A DNA stretch of 64,000 nt from an uncultured delta proteobacterium (GTDB lineage: Bacteria; Myxococcota_A; UBA9160; SMWR01). The notes under the pieces were generated by a model, which was given only the letters and a program-made list of their open reading frames with translations, did not search any database and had not been told where the DNA came from. Each line of letters starts with the position of its first letter. Position 1 is the stretch's first letter. Shown here piece after piece: positions 1 to 9,293 of this stretch. Location of the stretch: positions 704,001-768,000 of the forward strand of contig CAWHTE010000001.1 of NCBI GenBank assembly GCA_963832165.1. Reading direction: 5' to 3'. Made by a program: the position numbers and the translations under genes.

Positions 1-2
1 AG

Positions 3-71
3 AGCCTGATCGGGAAGGTGCTCGAGCTGCCGAACCTGCGCGTGCGGATCAAGGGCCGCGATCTGGGCTAG
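3..71 (+). CDS. 3' end of a gene running in from the left edge (partial, unknown product)
   Basis: Frame reads SLIGKVLELPNLRVRIKGRDLG-TAG with G/C-ending codons; a hairpin follows before the convergent VOC gene. Confidence 0.5.
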   Translation, partial: SLIGKVLELPNLRVRIKGRDLG

Positions 72-110
72 CGGAGCGCAGCGCGAAGGCGGGATCGCCT
101 TCGGTTCTCG

Positions 111-506
111 CTACGAATTTCCGACGGTGAGTCCGACCTGCTGGCCGAACGACACCTCGAGCGTGTGGCCGTCGGGATCGCGCAGAAACGCCCAATATCC
201 CACGGGCGGACCCGCGTCGGCAGGCCCTGCGATCAGGCAGCGCTCCACGCGCGCGCGCGCAGCCAGTCGATCGACCTCGTCGCGGCTCTCGCAGCCGACG
301 CCGAGGTGCGCGATGGGGCGCAGCGGCTCGAGCACCACTGCCGACTCGATCAGCACGAGCACGAACGGGCGCGTCTTGTCCGAGAGCCAGAGCACGCCCT
401 CGCGCCGGTGCACGATCTGCATCCGCGCATAGCGCTCGTAGAAATCCGCGCTCTCATCGAGATCGGTGACGGGTAATGCGATGTGGGTCAGACCGACGTC
501 GCTCAT
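111..506 (-). CDS. VOC (glyoxalase/bleomycin resistance/dioxygenase) family protein
   Basis: THIALPVTDLDESADFY and FLRDPDGHTLEV motifs; ATG at 506. Confidence 0.88.
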   Translation of the reverse strand: MSDVGLTHIALPVTDLDESADFYERYARMQIVHRREGVLWLSDKTRPFVLVLIESAVVLEPLRPIAHLGVGCESRDEVDRLAARARVERCLIAGPADAGPPVGYWAFLRDPDGHTLEVSFGQQVGLTVGNS

Positions 507-597
507 GGTCAGCCTCGAAAGGGGAACACCCCCCATCATCGGCAGCTCGCGCGCCCGACTTGCGCAGAATCTGCCGGTTCCTGAGACGAGCGGAGGG

Positions 598-2865
598 CTA
601 TCCCCGAGCGTCGCGCTTTGCGAGCAGACCCGCCACGCGGTCGCGGACCGCCTCGGCCGTGATCGGCCGGCGCACGAAGGCGGTGAGGGCCTCGCGGCTC
701 GTGGAGAGCGGCACGTCGTCCGGCGCGCACAGCGCGAGCAGTGGCAGCTCGGGCCGGTCCACGTGCAGCGCCTGGATCAGCGGCTGTCCGTCCGGCGCGG
801 CGAATCCTGCGTCGATCACCGCGGCGTCGAGCGCTCCGGCGTGGGTGGCCCAGAGCTCGAGCAGCTGTGCCGGGCCAGCCGCCTCGATCACCTCGAACCC
901 AGCCCCACGCAGGGTCTGCGCGATGGATCCGCGCTGCTCCGCATCCGGCTCTGCGACGAGCACGACCGCGGCGCGCGCGCGATGCACCGGGGGCTGCACG
1001 GGTGTCGCATCGACGGGCAGGAAGATCCGCATGCGCGTGCCGCGGCCCGGCTCGCTCTCGACGTCGATCGCGCCGCGGTGCCCCTGCACGAGGCCGAGCA
1101 CCGCGGAGAGCCCGAGGCCGTGTCCGTCCTGTTTCGTCGTGAAGAACGGCTCGAAGATGTGGGCGCGGGTTTCGGCATCCATCCCGGTGCCCGTGTCCAC
1201 GACCTCGAGTCGCGCATACCACCCGCCCGCGAGGTTCTCGCCGCCGAGCCAGCGTGCGAGGCGCTCGGCCTCGACGTGCTCGAGCGAGGTGCGCACCGTG
1301 ACGATCCCGGGACCGGCGCCGACCGCATCGGCGGCGTTCAAGACGAGGTTCATGAGCACCTGCTCGACCTGCACGACGTCGGCGTGGACCTGGAGCGGCT
1401 CGCGCGCGAGATCGAGCTGGAGCGCCACGCCGCCCGGCAGCGCCGTGGAGAGCAGATCCGCGAGCGCATGGGCCAGCTCCGAGAGCTCCACCGTGCGCAC
1501 CTCGGGCGACCGCCGACCCGCGTACGCGAGCAGCTGCTTCACGAGTCGCGCCGCGCTCTCGGTGGCTTCCTCGGCGTCGCTGAGCGCTTCGCCGCGATCG
1601 TCCGGCGTCGCGTCGCGCGATCTCGCATAACGGACGCTGGAGAGGATCACCGCGAGCAGGTTGTTGAAGTCGTGCGCGATCCCGCCCGCGAGCACACCGA
1701 GGCTCTCGAGCTTGCGGGCCTCCTGGAGCTGAAGCGAGAGGTGCTCCTGGTCGCGCCGCGACTCCTCGAGCTCCGTGACGTCGTGCACGATGCACTGGAA
1801 TGCGGGCGCGCCGCCGTAGCTGATCGCGGTTCCGACGCCCGCGAGGTGACGCTCGCGGCCGTCGGCGCCCTGCAGGCGCAGCGCGAACGTCCCGCCGCGC
1901 AGATTGCCGCGGCTCGAGCGAGCGACGGAATCGACCACGGCGCGCACGTCCGATTCGTTCAGCCACTCGAACAGGTCGGTGCCCCAGAGCGCGGCCGGGC
2001 TCGCGGAGCCGTGCAGCGCCGCGGCCGCCGCATTGGCGAACACGACCCGATTGTTCTGGACGACGAAGATGCCCATCGGCGCGTTCTCGACGAGCTCGCG
2101 GTAGCGGCGCTCGCTCTCGCGTACGCGTTGCTCGGCCTCGACGCGTGCGGTGACGTCGCGCGCGATGATCAGGAAGTTGCATCGGCCATCGCACTGCGCG
2201 AAGGCGCGCAGGCTTCCGTCGATCCAGCAATAGCTGCCGTCGGCGCGGCGGATCCGATACGTGGAGTGGCTCGACTCCTCGCGCTCTGACAGCACGCCCG
2301 AGAACATCAGGCGCACGCGCTCGAGATCGTCGGGATGCACGAACGAGGAGTCGAACCGCGGAGAGTCCTCGCCGAAGCCGAGCACCGCCTTCACCTGGTC
2401 GTTGGCATACAGGAGGTTCCAGTCGCTGTCGTACTCCAAGATCATGTCGTAGGCGTTCTCGGCGATCAGCTGGAAGCGCTCGCGGCTGTCGCGCAGGCGG
2501 TTCTCGAGCTCGCGCGCCTGGGACACGTCCCGGCTCACCACGAGCACGTGCCGATCGCCGTCTTCGGCGGGAAAGGGCGTGATCGTCGATTCGATCCAGC
2601 GCGTGCGGCCCTTGGTGTCGAGCACGCGGAACGACATGCGCTGCGCTTCCCCGGCGCCGAACGCGGCGGCGAAGTGCTGCACGACGGCGGCGCGATCGTC
2701 GGGGTGCACGTGGTCGATCGACGCGAGCACGTCGTCGCCGAGGCTCGCGTGGTTCGGGCTCACCCAGACGGTGCGGCCGCGCGAATCGAGCTCGGCGATC
2801 CGTTCGACGCTGCTGCTCGCGAGCGCGCGGAAGCGCCGCTCGTCGGGTGTGGGGTGCTCGGCCAT
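598..2865 (-). CDS. Multi-PAS hybrid sensor histidine kinase with C-terminal (atypical) receiver domain
   Basis: Three PAS/PAC segments (HPDD motifs), H-box LAGGIAHDFNN, N-box QVLMNLVLNA, DTGTGMD, FEPFFTTK, GHGLGL; start taken at MAEHP. Confidence 0.9.
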   Translation of the reverse strand: MAEHPTPDERRFRALASSSVERIAELDSRGRTVWVSPNHASLGDDVLASIDHVHPDDRAAVVQHFAAAFGAGEAQRMSFRVLDTKGRTRWIESTITPFPAEDGDRHVLVVSRDVSQARELENRLRDSRERFQLIAENAYDMILEYDSDWNLLYANDQVKAVLGFGEDSPRFDSSFVHPDDLERVRLMFSGVLSEREESSHSTYRIRRADGSYCWIDGSLRAFAQCDGRCNFLIIARDVTARVEAEQRVRESERRYRELVENAPMGIFVVQNNRVVFANAAAAALHGSASPAALWGTDLFEWLNESDVRAVVDSVARSSRGNLRGGTFALRLQGADGRERHLAGVGTAISYGGAPAFQCIVHDVTELEESRRDQEHLSLQLQEARKLESLGVLAGGIAHDFNNLLAVILSSVRYARSRDATPDDRGEALSDAEEATESAARLVKQLLAYAGRRSPEVRTVELSELAHALADLLSTALPGGVALQLDLAREPLQVHADVVQVEQVLMNLVLNAADAVGAGPGIVTVRTSLEHVEAERLARWLGGENLAGGWYARLEVVDTGTGMDAETRAHIFEPFFTTKQDGHGLGLSAVLGLVQGHRGAIDVESEPGRGTRMRIFLPVDATPVQPPVHRARAAVVLVAEPDAEQRGSIAQTLRGAGFEVIEAAGPAQLLELWATHAGALDAAVIDAGFAAPDGQPLIQALHVDRPELPLLALCAPDDVPLSTSREALTAFVRRPITAEAVRDRVAGLLAKRDARG

Positions 2866-3054
2866 CGCTGTGCGGGTCCTCGAGATGGTTTCGACGCATT
2901 CGGCCGGCAACTTGACCGCGGAGGTCGCGAACGGCCGGCCTTTTCCGCTCATTCGCGTGCTTTGACTATCGCTGCGCCCCGCGGATACTCCGGAGCGGTC
3001 CGCGAAACGCCGGATCCCGCGTCGGGACCGGCAACCCCGAATGGAGGTCGTTCC

Positions 3055-3318
3055 GTGAGAAATCGAAGTGCACTCGTGGCGTCGGCGGCCGCGGCGTTGT
3101 TCCTGGCCGGCGTTGCCGGCGCAGCCCACGCGGAAGAGGGCGCGGCTCCGGCGAAGGTCAAGTGCGAAGGCGTGAACTCGTGCAAGGGCCACAGCGACTG
3201 CAAGACGGCAGGGAGCTCCTGCAAGGGTCAGAACAGCTGTGCGGGCAAGGGCTACCAGATGATGTCCGCAGCCGAGTGCGAGGCCGCCAAGGCCGCCAAG
3301 GCGGCTCAGAAGAAGTAG
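3055..3318 (+). CDS. bufA: Bufferin-type (six-Cys, BufA2-like) RiPP metallophore precursor with Sec signal peptide
   Basis: GGAGGT RBS then GTG; signal peptide ending AHA; core KCEGVNSCKGHSDCKTAGSSCKGQNSCAGKG...EC; directly upstream of DUF692 and DUF2063 genes. Confidence 0.85.
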   Translation: MRNRSALVASAAAALFLAGVAGAAHAEEGAAPAKVKCEGVNSCKGHSDCKTAGSSCKGQNSCAGKGYQMMSAAECEAAKAAKAAQKK

Positions 3319-3324
3319 GTCTGT

Positions 3325-3366
3325 CGAGGGAAGAGGGGGTGGGTCGCTCCACCGCCTCTTCCCTCG
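3325..3366 (+). terminator. Strong stem-loop between precursor and modifying-enzyme genes (partial terminator or mRNA stabiliser)
   Basis: CGAGGGAAGAGG pairs with CCTCTTCCCTCG, inner GGTGG/CCACC, 6-nt loop; no U-tract. Confidence 0.6.
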
Positions 3367-3409
3367 TGTCGCGAGGCCCGATCCGCGTGATCTCGACCGA
3401 AGCGCCGAC

Positions 3410-4321
3410 GTGAGCGCGAGCCGCGTTCCCTTCCTGGGTGTGGGCGTCGGTCTGCGCCCGAAGCACTACCCGGCGATCCTCGCAGCGCCGGATCCGGTCC
3501 GGCTCGGCGTCGACTTCTTCGAAGCGCTCTCCGAGAACTACATGGTGCCCGGGGGCCGTCCGCCGCGCGTGCTCGCGGAAGTGCGCGCGCACTTCCCCGT
3601 CGTGCTGCACGGCGTCTCGCTGAACGTGGGCTCGGCCGATCCGCTCGACGCGAACTATCTCGACGAGCTCGCAGAGCTCGCGCGCCGCTACGAGCCCGCA
3701 TGGCTCTCCGACCATCTGTGCTGGACCGGCGTGCGCGGGCACAACCTCCACGATCTCCTGCCGCTCCCGTACACGGAAGCCGCGCTGGCCTACGTGGCAG
3801 AGCGCGCGATGCGCGTCCAGGACCGGCTCGGGCGCCAGATCGCGCTCGAGAACGTGTCGTCGTATCTCGCCTATCAGGCCGATGCGATGCCGGAATGGGA
3901 GTTCGTCGCACGCGTCGCCGAGCGCGCCGACTGCGGGATCCTGCTCGACGTGAACAACGTGTTCGTGAGCGCCCACAATCACGGCTTCGACGCCGAGCGC
4001 TATCTCGCCGCAATCCCGCCCGAGCGAGTGTTCCAGATCCACCTGGCCGGGCACTCCGAGCAGGGCGCGATGAAGATCGACACCCACGATCACGCGGTGT
4101 GCGACGAGGTCTGGGCGCTGTTCGAGATGGCGGTGCGCCGGCTGGGACCCGTGTCGACGCTGATCGAGTGGGACGACCGGATCCCCGAGTTCGAGGTCCT
4201 GGTCGCCGAGGCGGCGCGCGCGAGAGCGATCCTCTCGACCGCGACGCGAGAGGGGAGAGGGGATGACGCGGGCGCTCGACTCGCTTCAACACCAGCTCTG
4301 GCAGCTGATCACCGCGCCTAG
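3410..4321 (+). CDS. bufB: DUF692 family multinuclear non-heme iron oxidase (MNIO), bufferin maturase
   Basis: GVGLRPKHY, ENYM, HGVSL, SDHLCW, ENVSSY, LLDVNN, IHLAGH, IDTHD, IEWD motifs. Confidence 0.93.
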   Translation: MSASRVPFLGVGVGLRPKHYPAILAAPDPVRLGVDFFEALSENYMVPGGRPPRVLAEVRAHFPVVLHGVSLNVGSADPLDANYLDELAELARRYEPAWLSDHLCWTGVRGHNLHDLLPLPYTEAALAYVAERAMRVQDRLGRQIALENVSSYLAYQADAMPEWEFVARVAERADCGILLDVNNVFVSAHNHGFDAERYLAAIPPERVFQIHLAGHSEQGAMKIDTHDHAVCDEVWALFEMAVRRLGPVSTLIEWDDRIPEFEVLVAEAARARAILSTATREGRGDDAGARLASTPALAADHRA

Positions 4322-5108
4322 CGGGGCCGTGGCCGCGCTCGCAGAGCACGGCGATGCGGGCGGCCACGAGCTCGCCGCGCTCGTGCGCGGCGACCGCGGT
4401 CTCGCGCCGGCGGCGCGGCTCGAGATCTACGCGAACGCCTACTTCGCGCGCATCCACGATGCTCTGCGCGACGACTTCTCGGCGCTCGCGCGCGCGCTGG
4501 GTGCGGACGCATTCCACGATCTCGTGAAGACGTACCTCATGATGCACGCGCCGGAGCACGCGTCGCTGCGCCTCGCCGGGGCGCACCTTTCCGAGCATCT
4601 CAGGGCGCCGCCGTTCGCGGAGATCTTCGCGCGTCGCTGCCCCTACGCCGCCGATCTCGCGCGGCTCGAGTGGGCGATCAGCGAGGCGTTCTTCGCCGCG
4701 GACGCGCCCATCGTCGCGCGTGCCGAGCTCGCGGCGCTCGCGCCCGAGGCATGGGCCGATGTCCGCTTCGAGACGGCTCCGTCGCTGCGGCTCCTCGAGT
4801 GCGCGTGGCCGGTGCAGATCGCGCGCGAGCGCTGCGATGCGGAAGGCGGCGAAGCCACCTGGGACGAGGCCCCGGCGTTGCCCGCCGAGCCGACCTGTCT
4901 GCGCGTGTGGCGGCGCGACGAGCGGGTCCACTACCGGTCGATCCCGCGGCTCGAGCTCGAGGCGCTAGGCGGCGCGCGCGCGGGCGAGACATTCGCCGCG
5001 CTCTGCGATCGCGTGGCGTCGGCCGTGGGAGAAGTCGAGGCGGCATCCCGGGCTGCGGCGCTGCTCTCGTCGTGGAGCTCCGATGGACTGCTCGCGCGCC
5101 TGCGCTGA
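4263..5108 (+). CDS. bufC: DUF2063 (HvfC/BufC-type) MNIO partner protein
   Basis: RLEIYANAYFARIHDALRDDF, LGADAF, ADLARLEWA; follows DUF692. Confidence 0.85.
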   Translation: MTRALDSLQHQLWQLITAPSGAVAALAEHGDAGGHELAALVRGDRGLAPAARLEIYANAYFARIHDALRDDFSALARALGADAFHDLVKTYLMMHAPEHASLRLAGAHLSEHLRAPPFAEIFARRCPYAADLARLEWAISEAFFAADAPIVARAELAALAPEAWADVRFETAPSLRLLECAWPVQIARERCDAEGGEATWDEAPALPAEPTCLRVWRRDERVHYRSIPRLELEALGGARAGETFAALCDRVASAVGEVEAASRAAALLSSWSSDGLLARLR

Positions 5109-5124
5109 GCTCACTCGTTCGCGA

Positions 5125-6975
5125 TCACAGCTGCGCGATGGCCTCGAACGAGAGCCGGCCAAATGTCTGGGTCGACGATCGCAGCAGGTTCTCGAGCACT
5201 CGGATCTTGACCTCGGGCGCGGAGTGCTCGAGCGAATCGAACGCGGAGCGCTCGAGCACCCAGCACACCGCGGGAGCATCCGCGCGCACGGAGGCGCTGC
5301 GCAGAGATCCCTCCACCATCGACGGCTCACCGAAACCCATGCCGGCCGAGAGCGTCGAGAGGCGCCGCTGACGGCCGTCCGGCATGTCGGCGAGGACGCT
5401 GAGCTCGCCGAGCACCAGCAGGAACAGCTCGTTGGCGACTTCTCCGCGCCGGACCACCATGTCGCGCGCGCGGTACGAGCGCCGCTCCATGAGCCCGCGC
5501 AGCAGCTCGATCTGCTCGAGGCTGAGGTTCTGCAGCATTTCGTGCTTGCCGAGCGGGATCTCGTCGCGCTTCTCGAGCGCGACGCCCGCGGTGCGCAGCG
5601 TGCCGTTCTCGCACCATTCGAGCGCGAGGTCGTACTCGTCGAAAACCGATATCTGCAGCTCCGGCTCGTGCGCGCGCGCTTCCTGGAGCAGACGCAAGAG
5701 GCGTGGGTGGCGCGCGAGCCCGACGAGCGCCATGCCGCGATTGCGCGCGGAGAGCGAGGTGAGCAGCTCCAGGAGCATTCGCGCAGCCGGCACATCGACG
5801 GCGGCCACGCGCGAGAAATCCAGCACCAGATGGCTGACGGCCGCGGCGCTCTCCGACGATCCTGCGGATCACGAACTCCATGCCCGCAAAGGTCAGATCG
5901 CCCTGCAGCTGATAGGTGACGATCTGGTCGCCGCGCTGCGGCGAGCATCTCGCGCTCTCCGTCGAGCCGCTTGCGCTTGGACGAGAAGGTCCGCGCCGTG
6001 AAGCGCGAGCGCACCGCCGAGATCGCGAGGTGGGGTGCGCGCAGGAAGTGCAGCTCGAGGTCCTCGGACATCGCTTCGCACACGGCCACTCCGCGCACGC
6101 TGTTCCCGCGCACGTCGAGCGGCGGCGAGAACACGCCGATCGCGAGCTGGCCCGGCATCACGGCGAGAATGCCTCCCGCGACGCCGCTCTTGGCCGGCAG
6201 GCCGACCCGGTAGACCCACTCGCCGGCATAGTCGTACATGCCGCACGTCGTCATGACGGAGAGGACCTCGTCCACGTTCTCGGTGCGGATCACGCGATCG
6301 CGGGTCACGGGGTTCACACCGCCCCTCGCCAGCGTCGCGCCGATGATCGCGAGATCGCGGCAGTTCACCTCGATCGAGCACTGTCGGAAGTAGAGATCGA
6401 GGTCGGGCTCGGGATCGCGCTCGATGATCGAGAAGTTCCGCAGCATGTGGCTGATCGCGCGATTGCGATGGCCCGTCTCGCGCTCGGACCGGTAGACCGC
6501 CTCGGACAGGCTGAGCTGCCGCCCCGCGTACAGCGAGAACAGCGCGAGGATGCGCGCCCAGCGGTCCTCGACCGAATCGCCCACCACGAGCGACGATGCC
6601 GCGATCGCCCCCGCGTTGATCATGGGATTCCGCGGGCGCCCAGAGCTGGACTCGAGGCTGATCTCGTTGAACGCGTCGCCGGTGGGCTCGACGCCGATGC
6701 GCCGGAGCACGGCGGGTTTGCCCTGGTCCTCGAGGGCGAGCCCGTAGACGAAGGGCTTGGAGATCGACTGGATCGTGAACGCCTGGCGCGTATCGCCGAC
6801 CTCGTAGACGTAGCCGTCCACGGTCGCCAGGCTGATCCCGAACCAGCGCGGGTCGGCACCGGCGAGCTCGGGGATGTAGGTGGCGACCGTCCCCGTCTTC
6901 GAGCGTCCGGAAGCGCTCGTACAGGGAGCGCAGGTAACGCGCGATCGGGGAGTGGTCCGGCGCCGTGATGGCCAT
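5125..6975 (-). pseudogene. glsA: Glutaminase A with STAS-like and cyclic-nucleotide-binding domains; interrupted by three +1 frameshifts (~6892, ~5936, ~5854), possibly sequencing errors
   Basis: VATYIPEL, FTIQSISKPF (catalytic SxxK), NPMINAGA, CGMYDY, PAKSGVAGG; then LQGDLTFAG / LVLDFSRV (STAS); then GMGFGE...RSASV (cNMP), spread over four frame segments. Confidence 0.85.
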
Positions 6976-7117
6976 GGTCCTACCTCACATGGACGGGTTC
7001 GAGCTCAACGGAGCAAACGGCGTGCCCGTCTTTCGAACGCGCAAGGCGATCTGCAGACCGTTCTTGCACCATCGCGCGGCAGTCGGCGCCCACGAAGCGT
7101 GCGGCTAGCATGCGACC

Positions 7118-9286
7118 ATGTCGCTGCTGTCGCGGCTGCGCGCCCCGGGTGCCGCCAGTGTCACGCTCGCGAGCGTCGCGCTGGTCTTCGGACTGCATTG
7201 GGTCAACGTTCCGCTGCTCGACCAGATCGAGCGCAACACCTACGACATGCGCTTCCAGTCGCGCGGGGTCGTCGCCCCGGCTCCGGAGGTGGTCCTCGCG
7301 GTCGTCGACGAGAAGAGCCTCGACGCGTTCGGGCGGTGGCCCTGGTCGCGCGCGCGCATGGCCGAGGTCGTGGACGCGCTCTCCGCAGCCGGCGCACGCG
7401 TGATCGCGTTCGACATCGGCTTCCTCGAGCCCGAGGGCGCGGGACCCGACGGCGCCCTCGCGCGCTCGATCGCGCGCTCGCCCGCGGACGTCGTGCTCGG
7501 GTACTTCTTCAACGATCCGACCGAGAAGGGGGCTCACGCGGCCGACCCGGCTGCGCTGGAGCGCGCGCTCGAGCCGATCTCGTTCACCGCGCTCACCGTC
7601 CGCTACCGCGGCAGCTCGCCCGACGCGATGCCGTTTCACCGCGGCGACGCGCCCGAAGCCAACCTGCCCGAGATCACAGCCGCTGCCGAGGGAGCCGGAT
7701 ATTTCAATATCCGGCCCGACAAGGACGGCGTGGTGCGGCGCACACCGCTGGTCATGGGCGTTGGAGTGGACGCCTACCCCTCGCTCGCGCTCGAAGCCGC
7801 GTGGTATGCGCTGGGGCGTCCGCCACTCGTTGTGGAGGTGGCGCAGAGCGGGAGCGAGAACCTGGTCACCGGGATCTCGCTCGGCGACCAGGTGATGCCG
7901 ACCGATGCGCGTGGCGAGGCCCTGCTCTCGTTCGCGGGGCCGGCCGGGACCATCCCGCACGTCTCGGTCGCCGACATCCTCGCGGGGACGGTCGCCGAAG
8001 ACAGGCTGCGTGATCGCGTCGTGATCGTCGGCGTGACGGCCACCGGAGTCTTCGATCTGCGCGCTACGCCGTTCTCCGAGGTCTACCCGGGTGCCGAGGT
8101 GCAGGCGACGGCGCTCGACAACATCCTGCGCAACCGATTCATCACGCGGCCGGGTTGGGCGAGCCTCGCCGATCAGGTCGCGATCGTGTTGCTGGGCGCG
8201 GCGACCGCACTCGCGGTCTCGCGTCTCGGCCCGGTGTCGGAGCTCCTCGCAGCGCTGGCGATCGCGGCAGCTTACGTCGGACTGGCGATCCGGCTGTTTT
8301 CCGCGAACGGACTCTGGCTCGGCCTGGTTCATCCCCTGCTCGCCGTCGGCGTCACCTACACCTCGCTCACCGTACGCGGCTATCTCGTCGAGCAGCGCGA
8401 GCGCCGCAAGGTCGCCAACGCCTTTGGTCAATACGTTTCCCCCGTCGTGATCGAGCAGATGCTGGCGAACCCGAGTCAGCTCCGGCTCGGAGGCGAGGAG
8501 CGCGTGCTCACTGTGCTCTTCTGCGACATGGCGGGCTTCACGACCATCGCCGAGCGGCTCACCCCGACGCAGACGATCGAGCTGCTCTCCGAATTCCACG
8601 CGCGCATGACGGAGCGGATCTACGCCTGCGAGGGGATGCTGAAGGAGTACGTGGGCGACGAGGTGATGGCGATCTTCGGCGCGCCGGTCGTGCAGCCCGA
8701 CCACGCGGTGCGCGCCTGTCGAGCCGCGCTCGCGATGCGCGACGCGCGCGCGCAGCTCTCGGCCGAATGGGCGCAGCGCGGTTATCCGCCGATCCGCTCG
8801 CGCACCGGCGTGAACTCGGGCGCGATGCTGGTCGGGAACATCGGCTCCCGCTATCGCTTCTCGTACGGCGTGGTCGGCGACGCCGTGAACCTGGGCTCGC
8901 GCATCGAGGGACTGAACAAGCTCTACCGCACCGAGATCCTGATCGGAGAGCAGACCGAGGTGATGCTCGGCGACGCATTCCGGCTGCGCGAGGTCGACGC
9001 GGTGCGGGTGCTCGGCAAGAAACTTCCCGTGCGAATTTTCGAGCTCCTCGGCGAGGCGGGCGAGACGCTCGATCCCCGGCGCGAGAAGCTCCTCGATCAC
9101 TACGCCACGGGCCTCGCCGCCTACCGCGAGCGGCGCTTCGACATCGGCCTCGCCGAATTCGAGGCGGCGCTCGCGCTCGTGCCCGACGACGGACCCAGTC
9201 AGACGCTGGCGGAACGCTGCCGAGTATTTCGGACAGCGCCGCCGGCGCAGGACTGGGACGGCGCCTACCAGGCGACCGAGAAATAG
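7118..9286 (+). CDS. CHASE2-domain membrane class III nucleotidyl cyclase (guanylyl-type specificity residues) with C-terminal TPR-like tail
   Basis: CHASE2 motifs GRWPWSR, DGVVRR, PGAEVQA; TM helices; cyclase motifs LFCDMAGFT, KEYVGDEVM, YGVVGDAVNLGSRIE. Confidence 0.92.
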   Translation: MSLLSRLRAPGAASVTLASVALVFGLHWVNVPLLDQIERNTYDMRFQSRGVVAPAPEVVLAVVDEKSLDAFGRWPWSRARMAEVVDALSAAGARVIAFDIGFLEPEGAGPDGALARSIARSPADVVLGYFFNDPTEKGAHAADPAALERALEPISFTALTVRYRGSSPDAMPFHRGDAPEANLPEITAAAEGAGYFNIRPDKDGVVRRTPLVMGVGVDAYPSLALEAAWYALGRPPLVVEVAQSGSENLVTGISLGDQVMPTDARGEALLSFAGPAGTIPHVSVADILAGTVAEDRLRDRVVIVGVTATGVFDLRATPFSEVYPGAEVQATALDNILRNRFITRPGWASLADQVAIVLLGAATALAVSRLGPVSELLAALAIAAAYVGLAIRLFSANGLWLGLVHPLLAVGVTYTSLTVRGYLVEQRERRKVANAFGQYVSPVVIEQMLANPSQLRLGGEERVLTVLFCDMAGFTTIAERLTPTQTIELLSEFHARMTERIYACEGMLKEYVGDEVMAIFGAPVVQPDHAVRACRAALAMRDARAQLSAEWAQRGYPPIRSRTGVNSGAMLVGNIGSRYRFSYGVVGDAVNLGSRIEGLNKLYRTEILIGEQTEVMLGDAFRLREVDAVRVLGKKLPVRIFELLGEAGETLDPRREKLLDHYATGLAAYRERRFDIGLAEFEAALALVPDDGPSQTLAERCRVFRTAPPAQDWDGAYQATEK

Positions 9287-9293
9287 CGCTCCG

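Noticed and set aside
466..2289. Long antisense and alternate-frame ORFs (e.g. 466-2289, 6980-9100, 10197-13556, 27990-30020, 45146-47164)
   Set aside because: Shadow ORFs opposite well-supported genes; expected at this GC content; Arg/Ala-rich with no motifs
2906..2932. Possible ECF-type promoter (GCAACT...CGAA) for bufA
   Set aside because: Match too short and spacing uncertain
2335..3318. 327-aa ORF as a single protein
   Set aside because: Only the last 87 codons (RBS and GTG at 3055) look real; the rest is antisense to the kinase
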